A DNA stretch of 6,692 bases, from positions 25,257-31,948 of the forward strand of contig NW_002060975.1 in assembly GCF_000150275.1 (NCBI RefSeq). Direction: 5' to 3'. Positions 6,104 through 6,692 of this stretch are shown here, piece by piece; position 1 is the stretch's first letter; each line of letters starts with the position of its first letter. Made by a program: the position numbers and the translations under genes. Below the pieces are notes generated by a model that worked only from the letters and a program-made list of their open reading frames with translations, did no database searches and was not told the origin of the DNA. This stretch comes from Trichoplax adhaerens. Lineage: Eukaryota; Animalia; Placozoa.

Positions 6104-6692
6104 GTTATAAAAGCCTGCGCATGTTGATAATATAATAAATTACCCATCACCATTAAAAGACCGTGGATGGAAAATGCTTTACTCATATTTGCATGTAAGT
6201 ACACAAGGGACCTTGCAGATATTCAATCAGCTATATTCAGGTTACATTTAGCGATTAATATATTTTAATTCTAAATAAAAAGTATTTCTAATTTTCATGA
6301 ATTAGGTTACCAATCATTTCTTATAGGATTACCGAAGCAATTCAACTAATAAAAACGTATCTCGTAGTATTAGGCCCAGCTAATTTTAAAACCAATAGTG
6401 CTGAACTTAGGGTAAATGGTTTAATTAATGATGCACCACTGTACGAGTTTATATCCGAACTTTATACCACTTGAAAATTAAGATATTCCATCAAAGCAAT
6501 ACCGTAAGTAAACTGATATATGCCCCTGAGTGATGGAAAAATTGTTATGTAAACCGGAAATTTGGACAAGAGGGTAAAAACAGATTATCCTTGCTATAGT
6601 GCAATATCGTACACCTTTCAATTGGCATAAAGTTTGGAATATATGCAGACTCTAACAGATGTGCATCAGTGTTTAAGCTATTTCCAGTAAAT

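Overview
AT-rich (roughly one-third GC by eye) genomic DNA that looks eukaryotic: it has GT-AG splice signals, low gene density and an LTR with a tRNA primer-binding site. The organism cannot be identified from the sequence. Two N blocks (1181-1505, 2780-3034) hide about 580 nt. The one well-supported coding region is a minus-strand ORF (5889->4846, probably spliced at 4929). It encodes a ~65-aa N-terminal globular segment I cannot name, followed by a long coiled coil containing 12 tandem 21-nt/7-aa repeats with a higher-order 63-nt period and trimer-type RhxxhE motifs. Just downstream, on the + strand, is an LTR-retrotransposon remnant: a ~370-bp LTR-like segment (TG...CA, TATA, AATAAA) followed by a tRNA-Leu primer-binding site and preceded by a short purine tract, with no gag/pol visible. 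The rest looks like decayed coding sequence: a frameshifted two-exon membrane-protein 3' end (2-473), a possible class A GPCR relic on the minus strand (1972-2238) with a diverged ~50-bp duplicate, and a broken purine-rich ORF before the LTR. I found no convincing novel multi-gene system; the findings are hypotheses to test.
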